From assembly GCA_015065085.1 (NCBI GenBank), contig SVQW01000005.1, positions 66,936-130,935 on the forward strand: a DNA stretch of 64,000 nt. Direction: 5' to 3'. The notes under the pieces are model-generated. The model did no database searches. It worked only from the letters and a program-made list of their open reading frames with translations, and was not told where the DNA came from. A program made the translations under genes and the position numbers. Position 1 is the first letter of the stretch; each line of letters begins with the position of its first letter. The DNA comes from Oscillospiraceae bacterium. GTDB lineage: Bacteria; Bacillota; Clostridia; Oscillospirales; SIG627. Below, piece by piece: positions 63,356 through 64,000 of this stretch.

Positions 63356-64000
63356 ATGATTAGCGAAAAAGGCACAATTTTCAGAATCACCGCGCAGAAG
63401 CCCTGTGAGGGCTTTTGTGCAGAAATCAAAAACACCGACGCCAAAAGCTGTAAATGGTGTGTTACCGACAGCATGGGCAATACAAAAATAAGCGGACAAG
63501 CTGATGCCGCAAACGGTGAAATCACCGTCAAGGGTGTGTTTGACGCACTGCCCTGGTCGGCACAGGAGCCTGTCCTGTACACACTCGGCATCGAGCTTTC
63601 AAACGGCGAAAAGCTGAGCGACCGCTTTGGGTTCCGCTACTTTTCCTGCGACGAAAGATACATATACCTCAACGGTTTTCCGTTCTACATGCGCGCGTAT
63701 ATCCGCGGTGCGGCGGCGCATGAGCATCAGAACAACTGCGGTTTGAGTGAATTTGAATTCTACAAAAAGAATATTATCACCGCCAAGTCCTACGGCTTCA
63801 ACGCAATACGCTTTCACTCGGTAATCCCCCCAAAGGCATGCTTTGACGCGGCGGATGAATTGGGTATGCTTATCCACATCGAGACCCGCGCCGAAGGACA
63901 CGAGGATTACAACAACCTCGAGGAAATGCTGTACGGCAAGGACAACCTTATTACCAATGAGGGACTTATGAATGTTATAAATACCAATTTCAATCATCCC
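63356..64000 (+). CDS. Glycoside hydrolase family 2-like protein, N-terminal part (runs off the right edge)
   Basis: Not in the ORF track because there is no stop in the window. AAGGAGAA precedes the ATG at 63356. The translation contains LYTL.IEL......DRFGFRYF.....IYLNG.PFYMR and SYGFNAIRFHS, typical of the GH2 sugar-binding to TIM-barrel transition. Confidence 0.65.
   Translation, partial: MISEKGTIFRITAQKPCEGFCAEIKNTDAKSCKWCVTDSMGNTKISGQADAANGEITVKGVFDALPWSAQEPVLYTLGIELSNGEKLSDRFGFRYFSCDERYIYLNGFPFYMRAYIRGAAAHEHQNNCGLSEFEFYKKNIITAKSYGFNAIRFHSVIPPKACFDAADELGMLIHIETRAEGHEDYNNLEEMLYGKDNLITNEGLMNVINTNFNHP

Overview
This 64-kb window looks like a chromosomal segment from a Gram-positive, Clostridia-like anaerobe. 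That is an inference from gene content: an SLH-domain S-layer protein, a SpoVB-like flippase, Rex, a ThiH-type thiamine operon, near-consensus TTGACA-17-TATAAT promoters and AGGAGG ribosome-binding sites. Most of the window is housekeeping. It holds EPS/capsule chain-length regulators (Wzz, BY-kinase, a PHP phosphatase fragment), icd-like/rex/nadE, galU, a dCMP deaminase, a YwlE-RimI fusion with tsaD, an EF-G paralogue and tRNA-Leu(CAA). It also holds a PfkB/ROK/HAD/DHS-like operon, a TPP-riboswitch-controlled thiSFGHEDC operon, DeoR with 2-oxoacid dehydrogenase genes (E2, E3, fused E1 alpha-beta), MFS and OPT transporters, and a partial GH2 glycosidase. Four things stand out. (1) A 1752-aa single-gene TIR-NACHT-LRR (BspA-type repeats) protein at 23459-28717 has an NLR-like layout and is my best candidate for an undescribed anti-phage system. 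(2) A cell-envelope locus carries an SLH S-layer protein and two giant paralogous secreted proteins built from a repeated module I cannot name. (3) The intergenic regions carry a dense family of modular repeats: CGCAATT palindromic composites, a MITE-like element with terminal inverted repeats, ATATCAC-punctuated mini-hairpins and a shared AACAGCAGGTGAT hairpin. (4) Small rearrangements have left duplicated gene 3' ends, one beside a lipoprotein cassette and one after lpd, plus a 262-bp noncoding tandem duplication. I saw no transposase, integrase, CRISPR array or rRNA. All domain calls come from motif reading by eye, with no database search.
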